In this document: in pieces, positions 8,510-18,658 of the stretch
How the letters are laid out: every line of letters begins with the position of its first letter
How positions within the stretch are numbered: the first letter of the stretch is position 1
Assembly: GCA_964511155.1 (NCBI GenBank)
Contig: CAZEEJ010000005.1
Coordinates: 1-60,659 of the forward strand
Reading direction: 5' to 3'
DNA: 60,659 bases
DNA from: an uncultured Planctomycetales bacterium
Lineage (GTDB): Bacteria > Planctomycetota > Phycisphaerae > UBA1845 > PWPN01
The notes under the pieces: generated by a model
Databases searched by the model: none
What the model was told of the DNA's origin: nothing
Seen by the model: only the letters and a program-made list of their open reading frames with translations
Translations under genes and position numbers: made by a program

Positions 8510-9445
8510 CTACCCCAGCCACCGAGACAGTAGAGCAATCGCCACGATCCCCAGCACGGCCGCGACCGCGCCGGCCCCGAGGATGCGCTTCGTCGAAACA
8601 TACCCGCCGGGTATACACCGCATGATGCACTTTCGGAGCGGCTCCCAATACTTCGGCCCCAGAAGCTGGCCGGGCGTTCGCTTGATTCTCGAAACAATCG
8701 TTCGCTGCAGCACGCCGGCGGGGCTGATCGCCTTGATAAACTCGGGCAAGGTCAGATGCCCCTCGACGTTGACGCGCGGCAGACCCAAGGGGCTCATGCC
8801 GCGGCGCGTGAAACCGGGATTCGAGATCCACACCGCCTCATAGCCCGCTTCCCGGGCCATCCGCATGACCCGGCGATCGTACCAGTTGCCGGGGATGCCC
8901 AGGTATTTGACCGGCCGAGCGAGGATCCGCTCAAGCTCACGTTTGGATTCCACCAGCTCGCGGCGCAGGTCGACATCCGACATCCCCCGCATCGGGAGGT
9001 GAGTGACGCCATGCGACTCCACGGACACGACCGGGCCGTCAAGGCTGCGCAGCTCATCGTCGGTCATACGCCGATCGGTGCTGCCGTGAAGCGTGAAGAC
9101 GTAGGCCTCGGGATCGGTGGTCACGAACACCGTCCCCCGGGCGCCGTATCGTTTAAGTGCCGCAGAGGCGACCGAATACACGCTTTCGCAGCCGTCATCA
9201 AACGTGATCAACACTGACGGATCAGGCAGGCGAGCATGCCCGAGCACGAACGCACACATTTCGTCAGGATTGAGAAAATGGTATCCCTCGGTTGCCAGGT
9301 ACTCGATCTGCCGTTCGAACTCCGCCACCGGGAGGGTGAAGATTTTCTCGGTACCCGTGCAGCGAGCGTAGGCTTCGGCGGAGGCCACCCGATGGTACAT
9401 CAGGCAGAGAACTCTTGGGTTTGCGGGGGGATGGGCATGCAACAT
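8510..9445 (-). CDS. NodB-type polysaccharide deacetylase with C-terminal TM anchor
   Basis: VLITFDDGCESVY (TFDD motif), VESHGVTH, and a C-terminal helix ILGAGAVAAVLGIVAIALL. Confidence 0.85.
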   Translation of the reverse strand: MLHAHPPANPRVLCLMYHRVASAEAYARCTGTEKIFTLPVAEFERQIEYLATEGYHFLNPDEMCAFVLGHARLPDPSVLITFDDGCESVYSVASAALKRYGARGTVFVTTDPEAYVFTLHGSTDRRMTDDELRSLDGPVVSVESHGVTHLPMRGMSDVDLRRELVESKRELERILARPVKYLGIPGNWYDRRVMRMAREAGYEAVWISNPGFTRRGMSPLGLPRVNVEGHLTLPEFIKAISPAGVLQRTIVSRIKRTPGQLLGPKYWEPLRKCIMRCIPGGYVSTKRILGAGAVAAVLGIVAIALLSRWLG

Positions 9446-9519
9446 CAGCGATGTTCCTCACGAAATGATCGCAACACACCGCGGACCACACGTATTGATT
9501 TCATTGTCATTGCCGCACG

Positions 9520-10533
9520 TCAACGTGTGGCCACATTCCAGAGAAACAGCATACTTCCAATCAGATAAAGTACCATGCCGCCAAGCACGAGTTTCTTCAG
9601 GTTACGAGTCTCAAAAAGCATGCGGAACGGACCGAAGTAGAGTACCTTCCTTAGGGCACGGGCCGACCGGGCCCCTCCGAGTCGTTCGGGGATGCGCTTC
9701 ACGTCGCCAACTACTTTCAACATCAGCGAAACACGGGGAGTCAGACACGCTGCGAAATCAGCGAGCTGCATATCACGCTCGACCACAATCCGGGGCAAGG
9801 CCAACGGGTCGGATCGGCCGTGACTGGTTCCTTTGTTGTTACAGCAGGCAGTACGGTAGCCCACCGCCGCCACCAACCGCCGTACGCGGTGCGCGTACCC
9901 GGCGCGTGGAATCGCGATGTGATCGACCGACCTACCGGTTATGGCCGCGATTTTCTCACGTGATTCGGACAGTTCCCGGCGGACATCCGGTTCGCTCAAC
10001 TCGGACAGCACGGAGTGCGTGAGCGTGTGGGACTGAATGGAGATTCCGTTTTCGGCCAACTCGCGCATCTGTTCCGGCACCATGAAGCCGTCTACCCCTT
10101 CGACGCATTTCACGCTGTACTCGTTCGGCTCGGGGACGGCGAAAATCGTGGCCTTGAATCCATGCCGTTGCAGTTCCGGGTAGGCTAACGTGTAATTGCT
10201 GACATACCCGTCATCGAAGGTGATGAGAATCGGCTTTTCCGGACGGGGTTTACGGCCACTCCGGATCTCGAGATAATCATCCAGGTTGAGCGTGGTGTAG
10301 CCTCGCTCCGCCAGGAATCTCATTTGTTCGCTGAATCGCGTGTCGTAGCAGGCGTAGATGGGTTCGTCATCGCGGACCGCTCCTCGATCCACGTCCGCCT
10401 TGGAAATGAGTCGATGGTACACCAGTATCGGGATCCGATCCGGCCGATATTCACTGTATGCCGTCCACGCCAACCATCCGAGAAGGACGAGTGGCAGGAC
10501 TACGAAGAAGATCCACCCCAGCGCTACCATCAT
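9520..10533 (-). CDS. NodB-type polysaccharide deacetylase with N- and C-terminal TM segments
   Basis: N-terminal MMVALGWIFFVVLPLVLLGWLAW, ILITFDDGYVSNY, IQSHTLTH, C-terminal LVLGGMVLYLIGSMLFLW. Confidence 0.85.
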   Translation of the reverse strand: MMVALGWIFFVVLPLVLLGWLAWTAYSEYRPDRIPILVYHRLISKADVDRGAVRDDEPIYACYDTRFSEQMRFLAERGYTTLNLDDYLEIRSGRKPRPEKPILITFDDGYVSNYTLAYPELQRHGFKATIFAVPEPNEYSVKCVEGVDGFMVPEQMRELAENGISIQSHTLTHSVLSELSEPDVRRELSESREKIAAITGRSVDHIAIPRAGYAHRVRRLVAAVGYRTACCNNKGTSHGRSDPLALPRIVVERDMQLADFAACLTPRVSLMLKVVGDVKRIPERLGGARSARALRKVLYFGPFRMLFETRNLKKLVLGGMVLYLIGSMLFLWNVATR

Positions 10534-11144
10534 GGCCCATTCCCCTTCTGATCGTCGTGGACCGCATCTGATTGAGGGGCGATAGAGGACGCCTCGGTGG
10601 GCGATTTTGCGAATAGATGCCTCGGGTGCGGATCATCAGGTGTGCCCCGCGGCGCATCCCGAATCACTCTGGCCGGGTTGCCGACGGCGATCTTCCAGTC
10701 GGCAACGGACCTGGTGACGACGCTTCCGGCACCGATGATTGTTCCTTCCCCGATCGTAATGCCCTCCCTTCCGGAGATAAGCATACTGCCCATCCCGATG
10801 TACGCGTAGTCTTTGATCACGATCGGAGTACCCCCATGCCCCAGGCCATGGGTGGCAAACTTCGTGCAGTACGACACATCGACGTTATTGCCGATGGTTA
10901 TCATTTCGGGATAGCGATCATCCAGGTAGCAGTGCATGCCGATGAAGCAGTTCTTGCCGATCGTGTAACCGACCCGGCGATAGAGAAACACTCTAACCGA
11001 GTTGAACGGGACAAAGGGCGCGATAGACGCGTTGATGAACTTCCGAACAAACTTCCAGATCAGAAAGAAGACCCCGTAGTCCATCCCCATGCGCGCTGGT
11101 GGGTCACGGCGCAGAATAAGCTTATAGAGTGTTTTGGCTTTCAC
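10530..11144 (-). CDS. Left-handed beta-helix (hexapeptide) acetyltransferase
   Basis: IGNNVDVSY...IGMGSMLISGREGITIGEGTIIGAGSVVTRSV hexapeptide repeats. Its stop overlaps the downstream ATG (ATGA). Confidence 0.85.
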   Translation of the reverse strand: MKAKTLYKLILRRDPPARMGMDYGVFFLIWKFVRKFINASIAPFVPFNSVRVFLYRRVGYTIGKNCFIGMHCYLDDRYPEMITIGNNVDVSYCTKFATHGLGHGGTPIVIKDYAYIGMGSMLISGREGITIGEGTIIGAGSVVTRSVADWKIAVGNPARVIRDAPRGTPDDPHPRHLFAKSPTEASSIAPQSDAVHDDQKGNGP

Positions 11145-11328
11145 GAGCTATCCCACAGACTGGCGAATCTTTGTCCATCGTCCTCAATCATCCTCCACTT
11201 TCGGTCCAAGGCTGCGGCCGCACGCTGCAGGGCCTATCGGTCGGGGACCGCACCCGCAGAGGCCCGGTATGCAGCCTCGATATCGCGCATGTCCGTCTAT
11301 GTCGCTGCCGCGGAAGGGTTGCTCCAAT

Positions 11329-12549
11329 TCAAGACAACTCCTGAATCAGCCTTATGTAGGGCTGATACAGGCGGTCCCGGTCCCATCGCTCGATGGACGC
11401 GTCCCTTGCCGCGGTTCGCATCGCCGCCAGCCGCGAGGGATTCGCGACCAGCTCGCTCAGCGCCCGGCAGGCATCATCCACATCGCCGGCCCGGTAGGAC
11501 AGCCCGGTGCCCGTCCTTTCCACCCATTCGGCACACTCACCCGGAATGCTGTTGAGCACCGCCAGCCCGGCCGCCCAATAGTAGAACACCTTGTTGGGAA
11601 ACAGCACCAGGGCCTCGGGCCACGCGGCGTTCCAGCCGATATCGCAGCGGGCGACGGTTGCCGCCCAATCCTCAAAGGGCGCGAAGCCCAGAAGATCGAC
11701 GCGGGGAGCGCCGGCCACGATCCGCCGGACCTCCGGTTCGAGATGCCCTCGCCCGCTGAAGATGAAACGCACGTCGTTGCGCTGGCGCGAAACCCGCGCG
11801 GCCGCCGCGGCCACGGTCAACACGTCATAGTTGCGCGACAGGCTGCCGCTGTAAACCGCCCATATCTCGCCGGGCGGCTTGTCGCCCAGCAGGCAGCGAC
11901 CCTTCTGGACCGCAGCATCGAACGACGCCAAGTCGATACCCAGCGGGACCACCTCACGCCGGTATTGCACGCGCCCGTAGCGACGGGGTTCGTCCGCGTA
12001 ACTGCCGGCCACACCGACCACCGCATCCGCCCCCGCATACGCCCGCCGGTTGGCTCGGATCCACGGCTGGAACAGCAACCGCCAACCCCAGCGGACCACC
12101 GGCGGCAGAAACCGCCGACTGGTGTCGATCCAGATGTCCTGCACGTCAACGATGAGCCGGGCACCGCAGGCGGCCTTGACGCGCACGGCTGCGGCGGCCG
12201 ACTCCAGCGGCGGATTGCTGGCGATGATGACTTGCGGCGGGCGCTCGGCCGACGCCTCCCGCACGAACCCGCTCGCGTAGGCCCAATGCGACCGCACACG
12301 GGCCAGGCCGACGTTGGTGTGATAGCCCGGCACGGCGATGAACCGGGGGCTGATACCAAGTCGGCCGCACGCCGCGTGAATCGGAGCCGTGTCGATTTCG
12401 CGCTTGAACCGGTGCGACCAAGTGGCCGTCCACCAAGTCACCTGGTGTCCTGCCGCGGCCAGCAGGCGGGCCAGCGTGGCATAGCGCCCCGGCTGCTCCG
12501 GATCACCGGGCAACGGATCGAACGGGTTGACAATCCAGACGATGGCCAT
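11329..12549 (-). CDS. Glycosyltransferase, GT4-like
   Basis: MAIVWIVNPFDPLPGD..., IWAVYSGSLSRNYD, FPNKVFYYWAAGLAVLN. Confidence 0.8.
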   Translation of the reverse strand: MAIVWIVNPFDPLPGDPEQPGRYATLARLLAAAGHQVTWWTATWSHRFKREIDTAPIHAACGRLGISPRFIAVPGYHTNVGLARVRSHWAYASGFVREASAERPPQVIIASNPPLESAAAAVRVKAACGARLIVDVQDIWIDTSRRFLPPVVRWGWRLLFQPWIRANRRAYAGADAVVGVAGSYADEPRRYGRVQYRREVVPLGIDLASFDAAVQKGRCLLGDKPPGEIWAVYSGSLSRNYDVLTVAAAAARVSRQRNDVRFIFSGRGHLEPEVRRIVAGAPRVDLLGFAPFEDWAATVARCDIGWNAAWPEALVLFPNKVFYYWAAGLAVLNSIPGECAEWVERTGTGLSYRAGDVDDACRALSELVANPSRLAAMRTAARDASIERWDRDRLYQPYIRLIQELS

Positions 12550-12636
12550 ACCGGAAAGTTCACCAACTGAAGGCGGCGCAGGTCACCAAAACAGAATTGC
12601 GGCGAATGCCCGGCCAGTCACTGGCTCCCGCCGATC

Positions 12637-12705
12637 CATCTGTGTCGATCTGTGTGATCTGTGGGCCTTTCTTCCGCCCACAGATCACGCAGATGGACAC
12701 AGATG
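12637..12705. repeat. Family F imperfect inverted repeat (CATCTGTGTCGATCTGTGTGATCTGTGGGC ... GCCCACAGATCACGCAGATGGACACAGATG) inside the operon
   Basis: Read directly. The core GCCCACAGATCAC(T/G)CAGAT recurs at 30500-30528 and 57076-57097. Confidence 0.8.
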
Positions 12706-12733
12706 AAGTCAGCAAGACAACAAGCCGGAGCGG

Positions 12734-15700
12734 TCACTCACCCGATTGAGAATAGGCGTGGCGTTCGATGACGACCCGGTCACCGACGCCGAAGTCGGCG
12801 ATCAGGGCATCTCGGCGCACGGTCTGGTCCTCGCCGCCGGCAAACGCCGTCATGGGCGTCCCCGCTTCCAGTTGGATGGTGCCCTTGTCAATCGCGACAA
12901 TCCGGCCGGCTTGCGTGCGCCCCGGTGCAACGAGGTGCATCCCGGGCAGGCGGACCGGGGCCACCACGTGAGTCGCCGACTTGACCGCTCGGGCCTCCTC
13001 GTCAACCTCATCGATTCGGACTCGGCCGGCGTAAATATCCGAGCCGGTCACCGTCAGCACCAGCATGCCATCTTCCGCCCGTGCCTCGGCAACCGTATGC
13101 ACGCAGGAGTGGTCCTCCTTGAACACCCGCACGGTCAGGCCCACGAGCGTCCGCGCGTCTCCCAACACCTGAGCCTCTTTGACTCGCAGGGTCCGTGTCG
13201 CATAGTCCACCGACTCGACCACGCCGGTGATCGTCGGCGGGACCGCCAGTGATCGGTTGACCCTCCGGTCCTCGAGCCGCGTTCCCCCGGCGGCAAGCAC
13301 CCGACTCCAAACGCCCGCTTGCGTGGTGACCACCGCCACGGACGTGTCACCGCTCAGCCCGGCCACATCGGCAAAGGGTTGGTCCGTTTTCGCTGAGATC
13401 AACACGCGATCGACGGCCCCACCGCGGTGCACCTCCAGGCTTACCAACGCATCCGCTCCGGCATCCGCGGCCGGCGGTTCTCCGAACGCGACGCGCTCAA
13501 TCATCGCCTCGACGCGAAAGGGTTCCCAGACGGTCACGAACGTGCTCCCCGATTCGTCCGCCGCGCGTCGAGCGAGCATGTACTTGAGCACGGTCGGGAT
13601 CTTGCGTAATGGGGACACGTACGCATCGGCGACGATGATTTCCTGGCCGGCGTGCGGGGCGACGTGGATGCGCAAGCCCGCGGGCGGCGCTTCCGTGCGG
13701 CGGTAGGTACCCGAGGCCCAGTCTGACGGCTCGGCCCGCTGCCAGTTGAACAAGTGCTGATACCCGCTGCCGGCGTAGTCGCCGAAGCTTCCGCTGAAAC
13801 CCGGTGCCCCGCGCACAGGGTCATCATACATCGCTCCGTAAGACACATCGCGACCCGCCAGAGTGCCCTCAGTCACCGCGACACTCAGCGGCGAGCCCGC
13901 CCAGTCAAAACTCCCCTCCAGGCCGTGCATGCTCATCACGTGCCGGCGCCCGCCGCGGACCCGGAAGACGTCGACCAGGTATCCATCGTGCTCGCCGGTG
14001 TCTACCAGCACCAGCGTGCGGCGGTAGACCTGGGCCTGGTCGTATGCGCCGGCCGCGTCCACGTCCACAACATGGACGGTCGGCCCGTCGTGGAACCGCA
14101 ACACGCGGCCGATCGGGAAGCCTGTTTGCCGGCTGTCATCGACGACCAGGCAGTTGTGACTGATCGTGTGCATCGACCAACTGAAGATGCCCGACACGAG
14201 AGAGTTCATCGCGTCCGGGTAGCCGAGATCGGGCGACAGCCGCTGGCCATGCCCGAAGAGTTCGATGTTGAGTCGGTCGTTGTGGCCATGGCTGCCGCGT
14301 GGTCCGTAGAAGAGAGACACGGCCAGCGTGTCATCCGGGTTGTTGAGGATGGCCAAGCCATAACCATCCAGCAGGCGGCTGGGCGGACGATGAACATGGG
14401 TCCGGACCGCCTCGCGGGCCTCGGTGCTGGCGAACAGCGGCTCCTTGAGCAGGTCGTCCAGGCCGGTGGGACGATTGGACTTCAACCCGCCAAGCCGATG
14501 GAAGGCCCACGCATACTCCGGCTTGCCGAGCCGGCGGTAGGCGGTTTCGTAGACGGCGGGCGTCGGCCCGATCCATCCCAACGTGATGTTGCCCGCATCC
14601 CCGATGGCCGGCGTGAACCGGCCCAGGCAGGCGATCCGCAACGGGGCGTCGAGCAGGGCCTGCATTCGCGGATGTTGATACAGGTCGGTGCCAGACGGCC
14701 GCAGCGCCTCGGCAATCCGCATCAGGCTCTCCACCCAGCCCCAGCAATAGAAAGGCGACGTTTCGTAGGGCATCCCGTCCTTGTACACCAGGTTGAACAG
14801 GGCGTAGTGAATCCCCTCGTCGTCCCGGGTCTCCGTGCCCGTCTGCATGAATAGATTGCGAAGCAGATCGCCGGTCGGCCCGTGCTGCCGAACCAGCGCC
14901 GCCGTAATCAGCGCCTCCTGGTGGGTCCCGTAGTTGCCGCGGATATCCCCCCGCTCCACGGCATCGATACCCTCCTCCAGGAAGTTCGCCTCGATGTTGG
15001 CGCGGATCTCTTCCGGACCGCGCCAGGGCAGGGCGAACGCATCCGATCCCACCAACGTGTCGAAAACGCGGTCATAGGCGCGGGCCAGACCGGTCAGCAC
15101 GCCCGTCTCCCAGATCCTGTTGCGGATCTTGCCTCGATACCGACCGCCGGTCCGTTCGCCGAACCTCGATTGGCGGCCGTAGTCCATGCCCGGGTAAACC
15201 TCGGCCACCCGGTCCAGCATGGCGATCGCGCTGCGGGCATAGCGTACCTCGCCCGTCAGCACGTACACTTCGGCCAAGCGGCTGATCGCCGGCAGCCAGT
15301 GCCTCGCCCAGTTCCAGTGGCATGCGTATGCCACAAACCAGTATTTCTCCCCGTCCGGTGCCAACCAGCCGCGACCGTCGTCGGCGCAGGGGCCGGTCAA
15401 CAGGTTCCGATCCGTCATCCCGCCCCGATAAAAGGCCTCGAAGTCATTGCTCGGATAACGCTCGCCGCCAACGGGACAGATGAGCGCAAACGGGTGTTGC
15501 GGGTCCAGCTTCCAGGGATACGTACCGTGCTGATAGATGCTCGTGCCGTGCAGGGGACAGCCCTTGGCGGATACATCGAAGGCCCGCGGCACCCGGCCGT
15601 CGGGCAGCAGGTGACGCAGGGCCTCCGCCGACATGTCCGCCCACTCGCGGGCCTGCTGAACGATGCTATCCCGGTAGTCCGCCGCCGCCTTGTCCCGCCG

Positions 15701-15871
15701 ACAGCGCTCCCGCACCCGGCTGATTTCCTCGTCGGTCATCAGCGTGCGGGAAGTCTTGAGCGGCCACTGCGGACTGCGCGGCGAGAGCGCTTCCGTATCC
15801 GCGGGGGCAGCCTGCGGAGCGGCCAACAGCATCGTCAGCAATGCCCGGCTGACCGTCCTTACTCCCGCCAT
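12734..15871 (-). CDS. Secreted heparinase II/III-family protein (alginate-lyase-like N-domain plus heparinase II/III C-domain plus extra C-terminal beta-rich region)
   Basis: Signal-like [24 protein letters not shown] (ATG 15869-15871 shares one nt with the upstream stop, TGATG). GSHGHNDRLNIELFGHGQRLSPDLGYP and HNCLVVDD are typical of the heparinase II/III C-domain. Confidence 0.85.
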   Translation of the reverse strand: MAGVRTVSRALLTMLLAAPQAAPADTEALSPRSPQWPLKTSRTLMTDEEISRVRERCRRDKAAADYRDSIVQQAREWADMSAEALRHLLPDGRVPRAFDVSAKGCPLHGTSIYQHGTYPWKLDPQHPFALICPVGGERYPSNDFEAFYRGGMTDRNLLTGPCADDGRGWLAPDGEKYWFVAYACHWNWARHWLPAISRLAEVYVLTGEVRYARSAIAMLDRVAEVYPGMDYGRQSRFGERTGGRYRGKIRNRIWETGVLTGLARAYDRVFDTLVGSDAFALPWRGPEEIRANIEANFLEEGIDAVERGDIRGNYGTHQEALITAALVRQHGPTGDLLRNLFMQTGTETRDDEGIHYALFNLVYKDGMPYETSPFYCWGWVESLMRIAEALRPSGTDLYQHPRMQALLDAPLRIACLGRFTPAIGDAGNITLGWIGPTPAVYETAYRRLGKPEYAWAFHRLGGLKSNRPTGLDDLLKEPLFASTEAREAVRTHVHRPPSRLLDGYGLAILNNPDDTLAVSLFYGPRGSHGHNDRLNIELFGHGQRLSPDLGYPDAMNSLVSGIFSWSMHTISHNCLVVDDSRQTGFPIGRVLRFHDGPTVHVVDVDAAGAYDQAQVYRRTLVLVDTGEHDGYLVDVFRVRGGRRHVMSMHGLEGSFDWAGSPLSVAVTEGTLAGRDVSYGAMYDDPVRGAPGFSGSFGDYAGSGYQHLFNWQRAEPSDWASGTYRRTEAPPAGLRIHVAPHAGQEIIVADAYVSPLRKIPTVLKYMLARRAADESGSTFVTVWEPFRVEAMIERVAFGEPPAADAGADALVSLEVHRGGAVDRVLISAKTDQPFADVAGLSGDTSVAVVTTQAGVWSRVLAAGGTRLEDRRVNRSLAVPPTITGVVESVDYATRTLRVKEAQVLGDARTLVGLTVRVFKEDHSCVHTVAEARAEDGMLVLTVTGSDIYAGRVRIDEVDEEARAVKSATHVVAPVRLPGMHLVAPGRTQAGRIVAIDKGTIQLEAGTPMTAFAGGEDQTVRRDALIADFGVGDRVVIERHAYSQSGE

Positions 15872-16965
15872 CAGGCGCCGACTCCTCGGCTCGCCAAGCG
15901 ATAGTAGCACTCCTCCAAACAGAGCATGCCCTTCTGCCGACTCGCGTGCTCCTCAACGATCCGGCGATTACGCACCGCTGCCGACTGATGCAGGTCATGA
16001 TCCGCAGAGGCGCGTAGGATCTGTTCCGCCAACTGATGGTGGTCACCACAGTCGAACATCAGGCCGGAACGACCGTCTTCGAGCCATGCCTGGTTGCTGG
16101 GTATTCGGGAGACGATTGGCAGTATGCCGGCCGCCATGGCCTCGAGCAGGCATATCGACGTGCCGTCCGACAACGAAGCCGACACGAATGCGTCGTACTC
16201 ATGCAGCATGGCGGGCAGATCCTGGTTGGCGTAACCACCCAGCAGGCTCACGCAATCATCGAGTCCGAGTTTCGCCACCTGTTGCCGCAAGCTCTCCATC
16301 AACGACCCTCTGGCGGCCAGGGTGAGCCTGAAGCTCAGCCCGCGTTCCCGCAGCAACGCACAGGCGCGAACGATCGTCTGCGGGTCATACAACTCATTCA
16401 GGGTGCGCGTACAAAGGAGTCGCACCGGCGTGGAGGGTGGACGTGGCAAGCGGAACGCGAATTGCTCCGTGTCGACCCCCAGTGTAGCCACGAGAAGCTT
16501 GTCGGCCGGCACCCCCAACTCCCCTGCCAGTTCGCCCAGTTGTGCCGAGACCACATTGATGACTGCCGCCCGGTCGAATGCGAGTCTTAGCAACCGCCGC
16601 CAGAACATCGACCTCAGCGACCGGATCAGATCGCTCCCGTGAACGGTAAGCATGTACGGCCGAAAGCCGCCCATCAGCGCAATCAAGCCCGAGGCGGTCA
16701 CGTAGTGACCATGCAGGAGATCCGGTTGGATCTTCCGCAACAAACGGCGCGTACTCAAGCCGGCCAGCAGGTACTTCCACTTTGTGGAAGGGTCCATGGA
16801 GTCAGCCCCGCGCGATACATCATGGGTGATCACGCCGAAGTCCTCCTTCGGCCGATCATAGGCGATCCAATGCACCTCGTGCCCGCGATCCCTAAAGAAC
16901 GCCAGATAGGGGCCGATGTGGGTGAAGGTTCCACCCGACAGGAATGCGATTCGCAGCTTATGCAT
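15871..16965 (-). CDS. Glycosyltransferase, GT4
   Basis: Starts [22 protein letters not shown]7E region [26 protein letters not shown]. Start trimmed from the listed 17034. Confidence 0.85.
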   Translation of the reverse strand: MHKLRIAFLSGGTFTHIGPYLAFFRDRGHEVHWIAYDRPKEDFGVITHDVSRGADSMDPSTKWKYLLAGLSTRRLLRKIQPDLLHGHYVTASGLIALMGGFRPYMLTVHGSDLIRSLRSMFWRRLLRLAFDRAAVINVVSAQLGELAGELGVPADKLLVATLGVDTEQFAFRLPRPPSTPVRLLCTRTLNELYDPQTIVRACALLRERGLSFRLTLAARGSLMESLRQQVAKLGLDDCVSLLGGYANQDLPAMLHEYDAFVSASLSDGTSICLLEAMAAGILPIVSRIPSNQAWLEDGRSGLMFDCGDHHQLAEQILRASADHDLHQSAAVRNRRIVEEHASRQKGMLCLEECYYRLASRGVGA

Positions 16966-17506
16966 GATTCGCGTCTGTGCGATAATGAATAACTCGGGCG
17001 GGTACACCAGCGGCAACGGCGTAATCCGGCACATCGCGGGTCACCACTGCTCCCGCGCCGATGACCACACCCTTTCCAACCCGGACCCCCGGCAGAATGA
17101 TCACCCGTGTGCCGATCCATACATCATCTTCGATCACCACGGGTTTGGCATCCTCCCAGCCCTGCTGGCACATGGGGATGTCCAACCGATCATGGCGGTG
17201 CAGACGGGTGATAATGATGCACTCCGGGCCCATCATGACGTCGCGCCCGATCGTGATCGGGCCGCGCAGATCGCAGTCCACGCCGATGCCCGAGTTATCG
17301 CCGATCTCGATCCTGGCCCCGTCGCCAAAGTGGGCGCCGCGTTCGACGTTGATATTGCGGCCGACACGCCGAAAGATGTAACCGCAGATCACCCGGCGGA
17401 TTGGGCGCGTCCACTTCCCCGCCCGCGTATTCGAGGCGGGCAGGAAACGCGCAAAACCGTAATAGGCGCTGAGTGCCGCGATTCGAATGATGGTTCTGAA
17501 ACTCAC
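16958..17506 (-). CDS. Left-handed beta-helix acetyltransferase (WcaF-like)
   Basis: [15 protein letters not shown]..., [37 protein letters not shown]. Confidence 0.85.
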   Translation of the reverse strand: MSFRTIIRIAALSAYYGFARFLPASNTRAGKWTRPIRRVICGYIFRRVGRNINVERGAHFGDGARIEIGDNSGIGVDCDLRGPITIGRDVMMGPECIIITRLHRHDRLDIPMCQQGWEDAKPVVIEDDVWIGTRVIILPGVRVGKGVVIGAGAVVTRDVPDYAVAAGVPARVIHYRTDANHA

Positions 17507-17509
17507 GCC

Positions 17510-18658
17510 TCAGGCTCTCCTGCCGCCACCGGTACTCGTCCTGCCCATCCGCGGCAACGCATACACTTCCTCATACAATGTTTCCATCTTGTCGACGAGC
17601 GCGGGCCACGAATACGCACCCTGCACGCTGAGCTTCCCCGCCCGCCCCATCGCCGCCCGCCGATCCGGATCGTCCAACAGCTCCTCCACCACGCGCGCCA
17701 ACGCCGCGGCATCGTTCCTGGGCACCAGGACGGCCGAGTCGGCAATCCCTTCAATCTCCTGCACTGCCGGGAAATCCGTGCACACGACGGGCAGCGCACT
17801 GGCCATGGCCTCAAGGACGACGTTCGGGAAGCCCTCGCGATCGGAGGTCAGGCAAAACACATCCGCCCCGGCCATCCAGCGAAAGACATCCGGCTGCATC
17901 TGAACGAGCCGCACGTTCTCCTCCGCATGCTCCTCCCGGATCACGGCCCGCAATTCGGCCTCCAACACGAAGCGTCCCAGCCCCACGAAGGTCACGTTGG
18001 ACCGCTTTCGGGTGAGCGCCGCCCCCGCCCGGATGAACATGGGGTAGTTCTTTTCCACCGCGTGTCGCCCCACCATCAGCACGATCTGCTGGCTCTCCGG
18101 AAGCCCCAGTTCGGTCCGGATATCAACACGTGCCGACGCCTGGTCCCGCTCGGGAACGCTCACCGCGTTATAAATAATGCGCACGTCGTCGACGGGGACA
18201 CCGGCCCACTGCTCCATGGACTGTGCGATCGCCCTGCTGTTGGCCAGATGGATCGTTCGACCGGCCAGCAGCCGCTCATACACCCGCACGGGCCACGGCA
18301 CGTCGCACATGACGCTCCGGGTGCTGGCCAACAGCCGCCGGACCCCGCAACTCATGGCCAGGATGCGGCCCCAGAACCTGGCCGAGTACAGCCACGTATG
18401 CACGATATCCGGTCGAAACTCCCGGATTACGCCGCGTAACCAGAGCGCGAATCGCCACAGCGGATTGGAGAACTTATTGAGGTAGAATACCGGTATGCCC
18501 GCCGCGAGCAACTCGTCATCCTGGACGTCTGGCGCCGGCGAGTAGTAGACCACCGCCTGCTCGAACCGGGCACGATCCATCCGCGGCAGAAGTTGCACGA
18601 GCTGCCGCTCCGCCCCGCCCCGGCTCAACTGTGGAATGACGTGAAGAATGCGCATCAT
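17510..18658 (-). CDS. Glycosyltransferase, GT4
   Basis: Starts MMRILHVIPQLSRGGAERQLVQL (ATGA overlap with the upstream stop at 18655-18658). EX7E region FCLTSDREGFPNVVLEAMASALPVV. The listed ORF's extra 112 aa overlap the ligase gene. Confidence 0.85.
   Translation of the reverse strand: MMRILHVIPQLSRGGAERQLVQLLPRMDRARFEQAVVYYSPAPDVQDDELLAAGIPVFYLNKFSNPLWRFALWLRGVIREFRPDIVHTWLYSARFWGRILAMSCGVRRLLASTRSVMCDVPWPVRVYERLLAGRTIHLANSRAIAQSMEQWAGVPVDDVRIIYNAVSVPERDQASARVDIRTELGLPESQQIVLMVGRHAVEKNYPMFIRAGAALTRKRSNVTFVGLGRFVLEAELRAVIREEHAEENVRLVQMQPDVFRWMAGADVFCLTSDREGFPNVVLEAMASALPVVCTDFPAVQEIEGIADSAVLVPRNDAAALARVVEELLDDPDRRAAMGRAGKLSVQGAYSWPALVDKMETLYEEVYALPRMGRTSTGGGRRA

Noticed and set aside
11134-18439. 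Long plus-strand ORFs inside the polysaccharide operon (11134..12570, 13754..14854, 14882..15904, 16036..16590, 16916..18439)
   Set aside because: Each is antisense to a minus-strand gene with clear family motifs and start/stop coupling to its neighbours. None has recognisable motifs.
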